Below, in pieces: positions 27,205 to 41,165 of a DNA stretch of 64,000 nt. The notes below the pieces were generated by a model. The model saw only the letters and a list, made by a program, of their open reading frames with translations, ran no database searches and was not told the DNA's origin. The first letter of the stretch is position 1; each line of letters begins with the position of its first letter. A program made the translations under genes and the position numbers. Source of the stretch: Octopus vulgaris (Eukaryota); the NCBI GenBank assembly GCA_951406725.2, contig OX597818.1, positions 119,536,001 through 119,600,000 on the forward strand, read 5' to 3'.

Positions 27205-27655
27205 TTCTGACTCTACTTCCTAGAACGAAGGCAGGAAAGCTGTGCAGTAATATAGATCTAGATAATTCTAGAGAAACTTGTACCAAACGTTGGTACAAGG
27301 CCGGGTGCCACCTCATAGCACTAGAAATCCCAACATTGTCATCAGTATATATAGAACCAGATACTGCAACAGGTTGGCCTTCAAGGAACCACAGCTCTTC
27401 AATACTCTTTCCACAAAGCCTGAGAGACCTGCATCGCGTGGTTGTAGGCGTTTATAAAACAAAACTGGACCTCCTTCTGTCAAGAGTTCTGGACGAACAT
27501 ACCAAGAGGCAGGAAAACACAGTTAAGGGCAGCAATGTCGAGCTCCCTTCTCCACCATATGTCACATATCAGAGGAGGTTTCGTGAAAGGGTAGCTAAGC
27601 GGACAGTGGTGCCCCAGCTTGGCGCAGTCCTCGAAATGAAACTAAAAAGTAAAAC
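27205..27655 (+). mobile_element. Old degenerate 3' end of the L2/CR1-group LINE
   Basis: CCACAGCTCTTCAATA...CCTGAGAGACCTGCAT...GGTGCCCCAGC matches about 5950-6190. Confidence 0.8.
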
Positions 27656-27851
27656 GTGTATCTGTATATGGATATGTATATGCGTATATATGTGTATGCA
27701 TATATATACTTATTGATATGAACTTACATACTTATATATGTATTTAAAAATAAGGGTGAGAAATTAGATATTAATCTAATTAACATCGATTTCACACCAG
27801 TTGGTCTAGCATAAAAAAACTGAAGGTTCAGTAAAACTGTATTATATATAA

Positions 27852-28063
27852 ATTAGAGGGAAACTACCATGTGGACGCACATATGCTAGAAATAGATCCG
27901 CTACGGTCTCACCACCAAGAAATGTTCTCAAGAAAAATTTAGCAAAACAACCAAAACGTTTTGGTTGTTTTGCTAAATTTTTCTTGAGAACATTTCTTGG
28001 TGGTGAGACCGTAGCGGATCTATTTCTAGCATATGGGCGTCCACATGGTGGTTTCCCTCTAAT
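27852..28063. repeat. 212-bp spacer-less near-perfect palindrome
   Basis: 106-bp arms centred on AAAAC|GTTTT (27957/27958); 2 mismatches; flanked by TA repeats. Confidence 0.95.
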
Positions 28064-28630
28064 ATATATATATATATATATATGTGTATTTATATATGTA
28101 TGAGTGTATATATGCATGTATTAATATGCATATTAAGAGAGGGAGGTTAAGGGAGAAATTGACAGAAAAGTGTTAAATATGCTAAAATGTAAATTACGCT
28201 CTTCTGAAAGCACAGACAATTTCCCATTATATATTATCATTAGCTCACAAATAAAACACACGTCCTGAACTTGAAATATTTTACACTTGGTTGTAATGTT
28301 TTCATCACAAATGTAAATGTATCACTTAACGTCTATTCACGCTCACACCAGTGCCAGGAAGAAGTTACTAAGACGTCATGTATTTATAGTAATATCCATC
28401 AAATGTGGCGGTAACCAACCTAACACAACAATTAACACCTTGTAGGGGAGTTTGTTGATATGGAGATAGAGATCTATGTGTGATGGTTTTTGTAATGTGT
28501 TTCTAGAATAAAAGATGTGGCGGAAGGTGTGAGTGTATATATGCGTGGTGTGTGTGTCCACTATGTATATGAATATATGTATTTATTTATTGTATATATA
28601 AAAACACTAGACACACACAGAGATATGTAT

Positions 28631-28710
<80 letters not shown>

Positions 28711-28989
28711 TATTCATTCTCTACTTATTATTTCTTTACCCCTTCTCTTCCTAGGGTCTGCCTTTGACGTCAGATCTACTAACGGTTTTTTTTAAAAATA
28801 CTTAATAACGTTCGGTTTGTCATTTATGCAGTCATCAAAATTGTTATAATGTCTTGTTGTTGAGATAGGTTCTCTTTCTTTCCTGATAATAAAATTACCT
28901 ATTTTACACCGTTTATTCCTTTGGAATAAAACATATGTCAAAAATAAAAGAATTTGAATAACACCTGCGTTCAACTCTATTTATTTACT

Positions 28990-29181
28990 TAGGACAATCA
29001 GTAAGTTGTCATAATTGGACTCAGAGTTTCAAAATCCGGAGCTAATAGCTATGATGCATCTTCGTCGGCTATTTTATCAATAGACCTACCTATTGTCAAA
29101 ATAGCCGACGAAATGCATCGTAGCTCTTAGTCTTAGTATGACAAATCTGAGTCCTATTATGACTACTTACTGATTGTCCTA
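28990..29181. repeat. 192-nt imperfect hairpin (MITE-like or structured RNA)
   Basis: TAGGACAATCAGTAAGT...CAATAG-acctac-CTATTG...ACTTACTGATTGTCCTA. Confidence 0.9.
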
Positions 29182-29244
29182 TACTATAGATACATAAATT
29201 TACCTAATATCGAGGTCCCATTCTTTTGTTGTTATTTTACTATC

Positions 29245-29246
<2 letters not shown>

Positions 29247-29308
<62 letters not shown>
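29247..29308. repeat. (ATT)n microsatellite
   Basis: Direct reading; similar tracts at 32119-32178 and 43075-43145. Confidence 0.95.
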
Positions 29309-29310
<2 letters not shown>

Positions 29311-29349
29311 TTAATTTTTTAATTATAAATAAAATTAATAATAACAATG

Positions 29350-29397
<48 letters not shown>

Positions 29398-29460
29398 TAT
29401 ATATACATAAATGCATATATATAGTTATACATAGAGATAGAGATACATATGCATAAAGAA

Positions 29461-29514
<54 letters not shown>

Positions 29515-30019
29515 GCATACATACAAGTACATATATAAAATATAAAGAGAAGGACAGAGAAAAAGATAATGAATCGATAAATAATTAGAGGGGACACAGA
29601 GACAGGTATATAGGTAGGTTTTTGGTAGGGTTGTTATAATAGGCATATAAGTGGTTAGGTAGGTGAAAGCGTACCGGTAGAAAAATAGATATGTAAGTTT
29701 GTAAGTACGTATGAATAAAGTTTTAAATTAATGAAAGAACGAAAGAGCGAATGAATGAACCAAAGTGCATGTCTCCACGGCAAGTATTACCAATATTTTC
29801 TAGGTGAAATAATAGATTATCACAATGTCATGGAGAAGCATGTATTAGTAAATAAGGTATGATTTGTAACACTTCTGTTTTCAATTAGGATGTATGTGAC
29901 TCGAAATTAAATTAACTGTGTAAGAGTAGTCTTTGAGCATTACGTTAAAATGATTAATGATACCTGTTTTATATTTAATGGAAATTTTAAGATTTCACTT
30001 ACTGACACCATATAGTAGT

Positions 30020-31165
30020 TCTTCCTTCTATAGGTACAAAGCCTGAAATTTTGTGAGAGTGGGTTCGTCGATTTCATCGACCCCAGTGCTTAACTGGTAC
30101 TTATTTTATCGGCCCCCAAAATATAAAATGCTAAACCGACCTTAACGGAGATTGATCTTAGAAGGAAATGCTGGAAGAAATACCGCAAAATAATTTGTCT
30201 GGTGTGCTAACGATTCTGCCAGCTCGCCTTCTTCTGGTGGCATTGAGTATTGGTTTCAAATTTTGATACAAAGCCAGCAATTTCGGGAGAAAAGGGCTAG
30301 GGCAGTACATCAACTCCAGTGCTCAACTGATTTTAAATTGTAGCGAATCGCTGGTATTAAAGTGGTAAACTCTATTCGTGTCATTCGACCCCAACCAACT
30401 CATATGCACGTACTTCGCTTGTGATTTATCTAGTTAGCCATTAACACTGACACGTCTACACGACTGAGTTATAACCAGTAACACTACGGGAAATCAAGTA
30501 TTGCATTGAAATACTGCCCATTACTTGATTACTTTGGCTAAGATGATTAAAATTAATGTCGCTAAACTACCTATTCCGGGATTTGAACTTGAATCCATAG
30601 ATATATTATTTATTGATATTCTTTTCTACTCTAGTATACAAGGCCCAAATTTTGTGGGGAGAGGCCAGTCGATTAGATCGACCCCAGTACTCAACTAGTT
30701 CTTAATTTATCGACCCCGAAAGGATGAAATGCAAAGTCGACCTCGGCGGAATTTGAACTCAGAGCGTAAGAACAGACGAAATATCGCTAAATATAAGTTT
30801 TTTTCTCAAGAACGCTAAGAGTATGACACAATCTACCAGTGTCCGAAGTTTGAAAGTGTTTAGTTACAAAAACATTATCTTTTAAATCTGTCGGTCAAAA
30901 GGTAAAGATCACTAGTTTACATTGCTTTCACGTTCTGTGTTGTATTACTAAGAATAATCAAAGCGGCGAGCTGGCACGCTGGACAACACGCTTAGAAGTA
31001 TTTGGTCCGTCTATAGGTTCTGAGTTCAATTTCCGGCGAGATCAACTTTGTCTTATATCATTTCGGGGTCGATAAAATAAATACCAGTTGAATGGTGAGA
31101 TCGATATAATAGATTATACCCCTCCCTCAAATTTTTCAGGCCTTGTGTTTATTGTGGAAAGGACT
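30020..31165. mobile_element. Cluster of SINE B copies: about 30020-30230 (-), 30250-30330 (-), 30625-30790 (-), 30962-31165 (+)
   Basis: Meta-core motifs ATCGACCCCGAAAGGATGAAA and TTTCGGGGTCGATAAAATAA. Confidence 0.8.
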
Positions 31166-32116
31166 ATTATGAATAATTTATTAACGTTTAGTTGTGTGGG
31201 TTCATATTTCTTTAACTGTAATAAAAACGGGTAAAATAAAAAGAAAATAAATATCTCATGGAAATACAATCCATGCACTTTTTCTCTTTTTCTCTGAACA
31301 ACCACAATCTTTTCAGCGAATGAAATTCTACATAGAGTGAAATAAAACAAAGCATCACAACTGATGCTTCCGGACTCCAGCATCATGTTACAAACAAAGC
31401 AGCGATGGAACTGTCAATCCATAATCCATATCCTGCGGGAACGAAATTTAAATTCTAGTTATAAACGATATACTAAACGTTATAAGGGACCAGGATTGTT
31501 TTGTTCCTTTCTCTGCATCTGTACAAAGTTGTCTCAATAGAAATCAGTTAAATGTCATGAAGCAAAAACCAACGTACGCCTTTCGTTCTTATTGCCAAAC
31601 ACTGTTAGTTTGTTTGACGACCAGAGGCGTAGGAATAAATAATTATCGAGCAACAATTTTGCTGTGAATACGTTATGGTGGATACTTAAAATGGAAAATA
31701 GAAAAACGAAAAGATAGAAAAAAAAAACGAAATAGAGCGTAACAAATGGACATTTAGAAATGTCGAAGAAAGGAAAGAGAACGAAAACACGGTTTCGAGT
31801 AACAGAGTTTTTGGATACGTAAAAAAAAAAGGAAAAAATAAAGCGAAAATATTGTAAATTATTAACTTCTCGCCGCGAAGTCATAAGAAAACTATAGTGA
31901 TACACATAGTTATGAAAAACTGTATAAAATTCAATAAATGCGGTAAAATAAATGAAAGCAATACACGAAGAACATTGCAATATATGGTTTCATGTCACCT
32001 TGAAATAATTCGGGGCTGACATTAAGAAAAAAATATTCACTTAATACCGGTTGTCATATTTTACGGAAGACATCATTCTAGTTTTGGGAAACAGGTTTTA
32101 ATTTTTGTTGTTCTTG

Positions 32117-32178
<62 letters not shown>

Positions 32179-32454
32179 TCCGCTTATATTTCATAAATGA
32201 TGTGGTTGCTCTACACAAGAAATATTTTCTTTTTTCAGTCTTTAAAAGGTTTCTGGATGTGTTTAACATAAAACTGTCGATTTATAAGAATAAAAAAAAA
32301 ACTAGTTGATTGCGTCAGTCTTTCAATTCGTTACCCGCGTGGAATAAAGTTCAACATCTACAAGTGCCGGACTTGAACTCGTAACGTAAACAAGATGATA
32401 ATTAATACTGAGGCTAAGATTGATACAAGGTCCCGATTAAATCAACTCCAGTAC

Positions 32455-32645
32455 TTGTTATTGGTTTCAAATTTTGGCAGAAACCAAGTCGATTACATGT
32501 TCCCCAGTAATCAACTTTTACTTACATAGACAACAAAAGGGTAAAAGGCAAAGTCGCCCTTGGTAGTATTTGATCTCAGACTGTACAGATGGACGAAATG
32601 CCGCTAAGCATTTTGCCCAGCGTCCTAACGATTCTGCTAGCTTTT
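32455..32645 (-). mobile_element. Degenerate SINE B
   Basis: AAAGGCAAAGTCG...GACGAAATGCCGCTAAGC...CTAACGATTCTGCTAGCT. Confidence 0.7.
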
Positions 32646-34058
32646 GGCCGCAAATTAACGATTCTGCCAAATTTTGTCCGCAAATTAACATTGACTTGAG
32701 GATATGTAGGTAACAGCATGTTCGAAGCATGCTTCGGTTGATGTAAGTATGTACCCTAATAAATTTATAAATCAAAGAATAAGGTTACTAGAGTTAGAGG
32801 TTGGAGTAACCGTCTAAGGGATAAAAAAATATCCGTTTTACTACCATTGCGTTTTGGACCATTGCGCCTTAACCCACAATGGTCCAAATAGGGACGTCTC
32901 TAGGTTTTAACAACACTGCGGGCGATGTTCATTCCTTCGCATGGTGCTTGTTTACATGTTTGCTTTTTTTATTTATAATGCCCTAAACGGCTTTGGGCCA
33001 CTTATAACATATATCACTCCTCCCTACTTTTACTTATTATTTACTTTTTATTTATATCTACCCGTATAACGTTCTTAATAGCTTGCCCTTTGTTTATAAA
33101 TTTAACTGATCAATTATATCAAAAGCTGGACTTTGGTCAATCCCATTATGGGCAATAGATGTTAAGTTTTTACAACATATCAGTAAGTAAATAATTATAA
33201 TTAACTGATGGGCTCTTTATTATGATAAACTATTAATTAGTACTATTAACACAATCTTAAGAACTATTATGATTACTTCTAAACGTTATGGCACTATCAC
33301 TCCCTCTTTCTCTAGAGCTATTAGCGTATACCGTTATGGTAAAGTATTTAGTTTACTTTCTTATTATTTATACACCCTATTACCCCTAAAGAAAGATTAA
33401 TCCACGAATTAATATTTCTAGCTTAGTCATTTACTCAACTTCTTGTAGCGTTACACTGCAAAATGGTATGATTTAAATATATTAAACTTACAGCCTTCTT
33501 CTTGAGGTTCTTCCTCTTTTCTTTTCTTTTATGTATTTTTTTCTTCACTCTGCTGAAGTTCCACGTTCCAGATCGGATGTGTTACAAAATATGACGAATG
33601 TTATTTTCAGGATTTTCAATAGCAACACTGTAGGGCACTGGAAGCAGAAACGGCTGTTAGATGGGATTAAAGTTTTGTATTAAATAATAATAATCGATGT
33701 TAGTCAATTGTTGTTAATCAGGATTTCTTCATTTACTGCCTAATTTAAATAAAAGAATATGAAAAAATAATATATGCTCATATCCATTCTATGTTTAAAA
33801 TATCTCATAACATTCATCTTTACAACCGTTTCCAGCTAAGTGCCAACAATTGCTTACGGGGGTGAAAATTAGTCGAATTCACCGACCGCAGTACTTCACA
33901 TTATTCAGCGTTTGCTAAAGTGTAAATGACTTGGGTAGGATTTGATCTCAGAACATAAGAAACCAGTAGAAATGTAGCATAGAATCTTATCTGACGATTA
34001 AACGATTCCGCATCATTTTCTATTGACAAAATTCTCAAATAATGTTATTTATATTGTA

Positions 34059-34298
34059 AGGCAGCGAGCTGGCAGAAACGCACGCTTAGCGGTTTTTCGT
34101 TTGTGTTTAACCCCTTGTGTGTAGTAAAGAAATAGGTATTTCGTCTGTCGCTACGTTCTGAGTTCAAATTCCTCCGAGGTCGACTTTGCCTTTCATGCAT
34201 TCGGGGTCCATAAATTAAATACCAGTTGCGTACTGGGGTCGATCTAATCAATTGGGCCCCTTTCCAAAAATTTCGAACCTTGTGCCTAGAGCAGTAAA
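34059..34298 (+). mobile_element. SINE B, rearranged
   Basis: AGGCAGCGAGCTGGCAGAAACG...GTCGACTTTGCCTTTCAT...GGGGTCGATCTAATC. Confidence 0.8.
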
Positions 34299-34393
34299 GT
34301 ATGCTATTTATATTGTTTGTAGACCAATGAAGATTCCTGTATTATTTTTAGTTAACTAAAACTTCCTTCGTTCTCTCTTTCTCTCTTTCTTCT

Positions 34394-34424
<31 letters not shown>

Positions 34425-35589
34425 CTCTCTCTCTCTCTCTTTCTTCATTTAGTAAGAATTGTGAGCGATATTCTCTTTGGAATCCACAGATTTGACCTGG
34501 AACTTATTGTAGGTGAATATAAAAGCATCTAATGAAAGCTTTACATCTCCCGGAAAATGAAACTTTTGCAATTATTAGTTCAGTTGAAACATCAACTTTT
34601 TTCTACCTTAAACTATCCTCCAGATCCTGATTTACTAATCTCTCTTAATTTTTATCTTACATATATCTTACGCAACTTATAAATCTCCATGTGTCATTAA
34701 ATTTGTTTAGACGTTAACTGTCTGTTACAGAATTAATAACTGTGTCGAGTATTTCATTGAACACACTTTATTTGTAGGTCACCAATGAAAATATATTGTA
34801 TTATTTTACTAAGATATGCATCTAATTGTGGTCTATATTCTTTCCCTGATTCTGTTCTATGTCTATGACCGATAATCACTTAAGCAATTTACATCTCGAT
34901 TCATTAACAAAATTGCACCAGACAGTTCTATAGAGGCTCTCTTTATCGTTCTGATGACAGCATCTGTTCTCCCAAAACTACACTAAACATTCATTATTTC
35001 TAAAATCTCTCTAATCGTTCTGTATGTAATGCAAGCGATTCTGCTCCATATCGCGTCGCAGGATCAGAAGGCATTTCTGAAAGTTCATATAGAGTGGCCC
35101 GATCCCCTAACATTTTGTTTCAGATGTTTGACTGATTTTAATCTGCATTCCCATTAGCGCAGATCATTACTTACTGCATTATCAACGACAACTAATTCCA
35201 TGCTTTCACATCCATTTTCTATATAAAGTGTTGATTTTCTTTTTATGATCTGCATCTGATCCATATATTTTTTCTCTTTTTGTGCTTGAGCCATTATCAC
35301 ACACCTGGCCTTTGAAATTACGTATTATTTCTCTCCTAGAAAATCAAGCATATTTTATATCATCCTTTCGCTGAAGTATCTATAAGGAGGTTATTCCCGA
35401 TTAAAAGTTCCTGTATTAAAATATCTTCATCTTAGACAAGTATTATCAATCAAAGCTACTACACATGACATATATCTGGAGTACAGTCTGTATGAGATAA
35501 CACTGAAATATACGATATATTTACCGGAGTTTCACATATTTTCTTTAACAGATGCAGGCATGGCTGCGGCGTAAAAAGTTAGGAGCCTG

Positions 35590-35855
35590 TCATATATATA
35601 TATATAGTTGGAATTTACAGAATAACAAAAGACGAAGACAGGTGTATAAACAACAAGCAGGTGTATTTAGTTTAACGTTCAGGAAGGTGAGAAAGTCTTT
35701 TACGTTTCGAGCCTATGCTCTTCAGCAGAAAAGAACTCGAGAAAATAAACAGAGAGAATAATAAAAGCTTTAGAGGCTAGCGGTCAATCATGGTGGCTGT
35801 CTGGATAGAGGTAGTTAGATAGGAGAGGTATGACGAAGGGGAGATAATAAAGTAT
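35590..35855 (-). mobile_element. Penelope-like fragment with a hammerhead variant, adjoining (TA)n
   Basis: Homologous to about 19550-19740; motif at 35697-35733. Confidence 0.65.
35697..35733 (-). ncRNA. Minimal hammerhead ribozyme variant
   Basis: Minus strand TTTT-CTGCTGA-A-GAGC atag GCTC-GAAA-CG-TA-AAAG; stems I and II pair; palindromic ACGU; non-canonical core position 6. Confidence 0.55.
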
Positions 35856-35970
35856 ACTAGGGTTCGATCTAATGGACTTGCCCCCTCCGCAAAATTTTCA
35901 GGCCTTGTGCCTAGAGTAGAAAACTATATTGAACGTGTGTGTGGGTGTGTATGTGTGTGTGTGTATGTGT

Positions 35971-36037
<67 letters not shown>

Positions 36038-37097
36038 TGTGTGCGCGTGCGTGTGTGTGTCTAAGTATGTATTTCGAATAGATGGATGGCTGTATAGCTA
36101 TAGCCTTGCCGAAACTCCAATATTTTTCTTTTTTTATTAAGATCCGTGATAATAACTTTAAAGAAAAGATATATTTCCGTCGTTATTACAAAATCTTTTT
36201 TCCTACAATTACCACAACCCATTTCTTTTAAGTAAGTTTTAAATTCCACATATAATGATAATTTCACATTATTCTAAAACCTTCTACCGTTCCATTCCCA
36301 GCATAATTGTCTTAGTTTTCTCTGTAAGTCTTTCTGTATACCACTTGTTTCTACCTCACCGAGAATATGAACAGTAAAATTCTCACGCAGTTCATTTTTG
36401 TAGCTCCGCTGATGAAAACGTCGCTTTTCCATTTTGAAAATGTAAATATATATGGCTGCTGTTAGAACAACAGTTTCACGGATAGTAACAGAATATATTG
36501 TTTTGATTTTAATATGTAGCTGAAGTTTATGTTTTGTTTAGCTATACTTAAGTGTTACTATATTGTTGCAGTTAACCTGATTAGTTTCACTTTTATTGCG
36601 GTGTCTACTAATTACTTTGCTTAAAAAATATTTTTCGCAAAATCACGAAGTATTCGTTCCCATAATTACACTTGTTTCTATGTCTCTCTCTCTCCCTCAC
36701 TTTCTCCCTCTCTGTCTCTCTCTTTCTCGATGTGTGTGTTAGGACGGGGTGTAAAACTAAATTGATAAGATTTATTTTTATTGTAAATACACAGCATCCT
36801 ATCCAGAATAAACAAAACCATTTCTAGAACTAATGAATTAATAAACGAACTTAATACTAAAATTCTATATTCTCGTTTAGACAAAACCACATACGAATAT
36901 TTTAGTATCCTATAATATCCTTATTGCAGGTATCAGTTTGTCTAAAAAAAAAAAGTAAGAGATATTTATCCACAGGAAACAATTTTATCTGTCCACCTTA
37001 TTTCTTTACCGTCTCGGCTTATTAATAATATTAACTGACATTGTTGTACTGTCACAAGTTTACATAAAAAAGTAGAGTCCATTATATCACCAGTACT

Positions 37098-37995
<898 letters not shown>

Positions 37996-38126
37996 TTGTT
38001 TATTAGTGTTTATTTTGTACAATTCGGAAAGATACCAAGTGAAGAGCACCTCGATGGGATTTGAACCCGGAGTATGAAAAATACTGCATAGCTTTTAATC
38101 CAAAAAGTCATTAATTAATAAATATA

Positions 38127-38767
38127 ATTTCAGAATTACAACTATTTAGCGGTTGGAGTTTGGCTGCTCTTTCTAGTGAGTCGAATGGCCTATTAGGGTC
38201 ATTCCTTATATTGTTGAATGTATATTATATAGTCTTTGACTATCTTATCTTTCTCACTAGACCGCTGGTAGCGGAGAATTTTTTCTAGAATTTTTTTGCT
38301 ACCCTTATATTTATTAATTAATGACTTTTTGGCTAATTTTGAAATTAAATCAGCAGGTTATATTTGCTGATGAGAAGAATGCGCGGTGGCGGTGGATTTT
38401 GAAAATTTAGAGCATATAGACTGGAGGCTTCTTTGCCGTCAACTCGTGGACATATACTCGTCCTTGGCTTCTCTGCTGACGAGGCACACCAGTTATAAAT
38501 AAATTTAATTTAATTAATTTGTTTACAAAAGTTTGTTGAAACTATGCATAGTCCAGAGATGAAAAGGCTAAAATGTTTTTATTTCTCTTTCAATTTCAGA
38601 ATTACAACTATTTAGCGGTTTGAGTTTGGCTGCTCTTTCTAGTGAGTTGAATGGCCTATTAGGGCCATTCCTTATATTGTTGAATGTATATTAAAGAGTC
38701 TTTGACTATCTTTTCCTTCACACTAGACCGCTGGTAGCGGAGAATTTTTTTGGTACCCTTATATTTA

Positions 38768-38772
<5 letters not shown>
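38127..38772 (+). repeat. About 180-190-bp direct repeat pair (38127-38318 and 38593-38772)
   Basis: AATTTCAGAATTACAACTATTTAGCGG...TAGACCGCTGGTAGCGGAGAATT...ACCCTTATATTTATTAA occurs twice. Confidence 0.9.
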
Positions 38773-38803
<31 letters not shown>

Positions 38804-39133
38804 CATATATATATATATGCACACACACACCAATACATCTACAGACGCGTAGACGGTGTGTATTACTGATTTATGCACATGCCACACAATGGATACCAAC
38901 AAAATTATCTGTATTCATATTTGAAATCCGACGTTAAAACTTTATATAACATTTACGTCGGGAAACGACATGTTTGAATTCAAATGCTTAAAGTTTCATA
39001 GACGAGTCGAAACATCTCTGTATTTCTTCCTCGCATGATCTCCTCTTCTTCAGTTATTAATGACTTCATTGTCATTTTCACTAATATCGTCGAAAGATGT
39101 CAGAAATATAACGATATTTCAAAGTTTATGATA

Positions 39134-39363
39134 TTGAGTTGTCCGGAAAGTTCGTTCAGATTTTTAAAGGAAAGTAAAAGGTCAATAAATACTTGCCATT
39201 ACATTTTTAATCAACCAAATATGAACCATTTTGTTGCACAATGCGTCTCCATCTTTCCTTTAACTTGAAAATACCCTCTTCCCAGAATTGAGGTGCCTGG
39301 GAGGGTAAGCCGAGAGGTAAGCTAAGCTACTATAAATCGGCACGAATTTTCCGAACAACCCAA
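39134..39363 (-). mobile_element. 230-bp mariner MITE of the same family as 24509-25066
   Basis: Same TIRs with TA flanks; retains the reverse complement of the transposase end (WEEGIFKLKERWRRIVQQNGSYLVD*). Confidence 0.93.
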
Positions 39364-40176
39364 TATTTTTAAAAGAATTCATGTAAGTTACGAAACCAAG
39401 ATCTTTATGTTTTGCTTTTTTGTAACTTATTTCGTGGAGATTTAAAAAATGAGAGTTACGTTCAAAACTTCACACACTGCTATAAATGTTTTGCATTTAT
39501 ATACGTTTCATTTTGGTGTCCGTTGTGTAGGAATATTGGTCTGAATTCCCTAACGATTTGTTTTACATTTATACATACTTACAATTATGTGTACCTAAAT
39601 GTACCTAAACGCTGACATAAATGTGAACATATGTATACATTTACGAAAATATATACGTGAGTCTATAATACACTTTGTAACCTACTTTCTTTTCCTGGGT
39701 AGTAAGTGTTGTCTGCTAATTGTTTATGCTGAAAAAGAGCATAAAAAATTGTTATTATTTAATTCAAACATTGCGCTTCTGCTCAGGGATTGTTTTTTAT
39801 TTATTTCCAGTGGGAAAAACGGACTAATTTGCACTTATTCATCACATAATTACAGGAAAAAATGACAACTTACAAATCAAATTTAACATGCATTTATACT
39901 TAGGTTATACAAAAGTGAATGTGGAAGTTGAGGGGTAGATGTACGAGATTTACCATTGTACTGTCAATTACTTTCGCGTATTGTATTATCTTCCAATTAT
40001 AGTCTCCTAACATGTTTTTATTATAAACTCCTTGTTAGTGGTGATCAAAGTCCAGTATATCTTACAAGCTACAGCTTTGCTCTTCTGAGTAAACTCCTAT
40101 GTTCTCCTCAAATTTATCAAGACATGTATCAAGACTATGACTCACAGAGGCGACCCGTTTGCTGTTGATTTTCAAG

Positions 40177-40475
40177 ATATCGCATTTACTGCCTCGTGCT
40201 TTATATTTGTCGGCTATAATATTCCAATTTATTTGAGGCCGTGAGGTGTTCACGCCTCAATCTTTTAATTTCCACAAAGAGGCAGCGTTTCTTTTGTTCT
40301 TACCCATGAGTGAATCCAAGTGTTGTATATATCATTCTCTGGAGGTGTTTTCGGTCAGTCCCAAATATGTTTTGTTGGTAATATCTGTGTCTGTGATATT
40401 GGCTTTGTAGGTCAGTTCGAGGCACTTTTTATTCAAAGAAAAGTTATTGGAGGGGGTAAAGTTACATGATCGTTG
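40177..40475 (-). mobile_element. Penelope-like element GIY-YIG endonuclease remnant (Naiad/Neptune-like)
   Basis: SCNF...LNKKCLELTYKANIT...TYLGLTENTSRE*YIQHLDS...LWKLKD*...QINWNII..KY...SKCDI fits the PLE pattern C..CL..YxA..YIGxTE..RY..H..W.LK..I.W.I..Y..C. Confidence 0.8.
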
Positions 40476-40684
40476 TGGAGTAATCCTAGTACTATTTTTC
40501 TCATTATAATCCTCAAGCCTTTATGTTGACAAAAAAGGCAAAGACGTAGAAAGATCCTGCAAGGCGATTCATCAGATCTACCGATATTCACTTTTCCACA
40601 AATATCATCAGATCTTTAATAGGAAAAGCTGGAATCTATTTATCAGTAAAATTTATTTGTAGCTATTTATAGGTAAAACGTATT

Positions 40685-41165
40685 TGTAAAAGCTGTAAAA
40701 CTTTCCAAAAGGTTACTATTTAGATATATATGAGCATATCTAGATATGCAAATATATGCAAGAGAATACATACATAAAACATACAAATCTGCACACATAT
40801 AAATACATACTTACATACATGCATGCATGCATACATACATACATACATACATACATACATACATACATACATACATACATACATACATAGATACATACAT
40901 ACATACATACCCTGTTGTTGATGTTGAAATTCCAATGAAGCTGCCTTGGATTTAGGTTAGAAAAAGGTTCTTTATTGGCATGAAATCATGAAATTAACTG
41001 AATAATGACATGCATAATACATACATGCATACATACATACATATAAAAATACCCTGTTGTTGATGTTGAAATTCCGATGATCTAGGATCTTGGTTCTAGG
41101 TTAGAAACCGGCTCTTTATTGGCAAGAAATCTGGAAATAAAACTGAACAATGGCATATAAACATA
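40685..41165 (+). mobile_element. 3' end of an RLE-type (R4/Dong-like) non-LTR element with a tandemly duplicated terminal unit
   Basis: VKSCKTFQK remnant, internal (ATAC)n, and CCTGTTGTTGATGTTGAAATTCC...TAGGTTAGAAA...AACTGAA twice; homologous to 53795-54203. Confidence 0.7.

Noticed and set aside
27003-27716. 237-aa ORF
   Set aside because: Chimera of microsatellite and decayed, partly out-of-frame LINE sequence.
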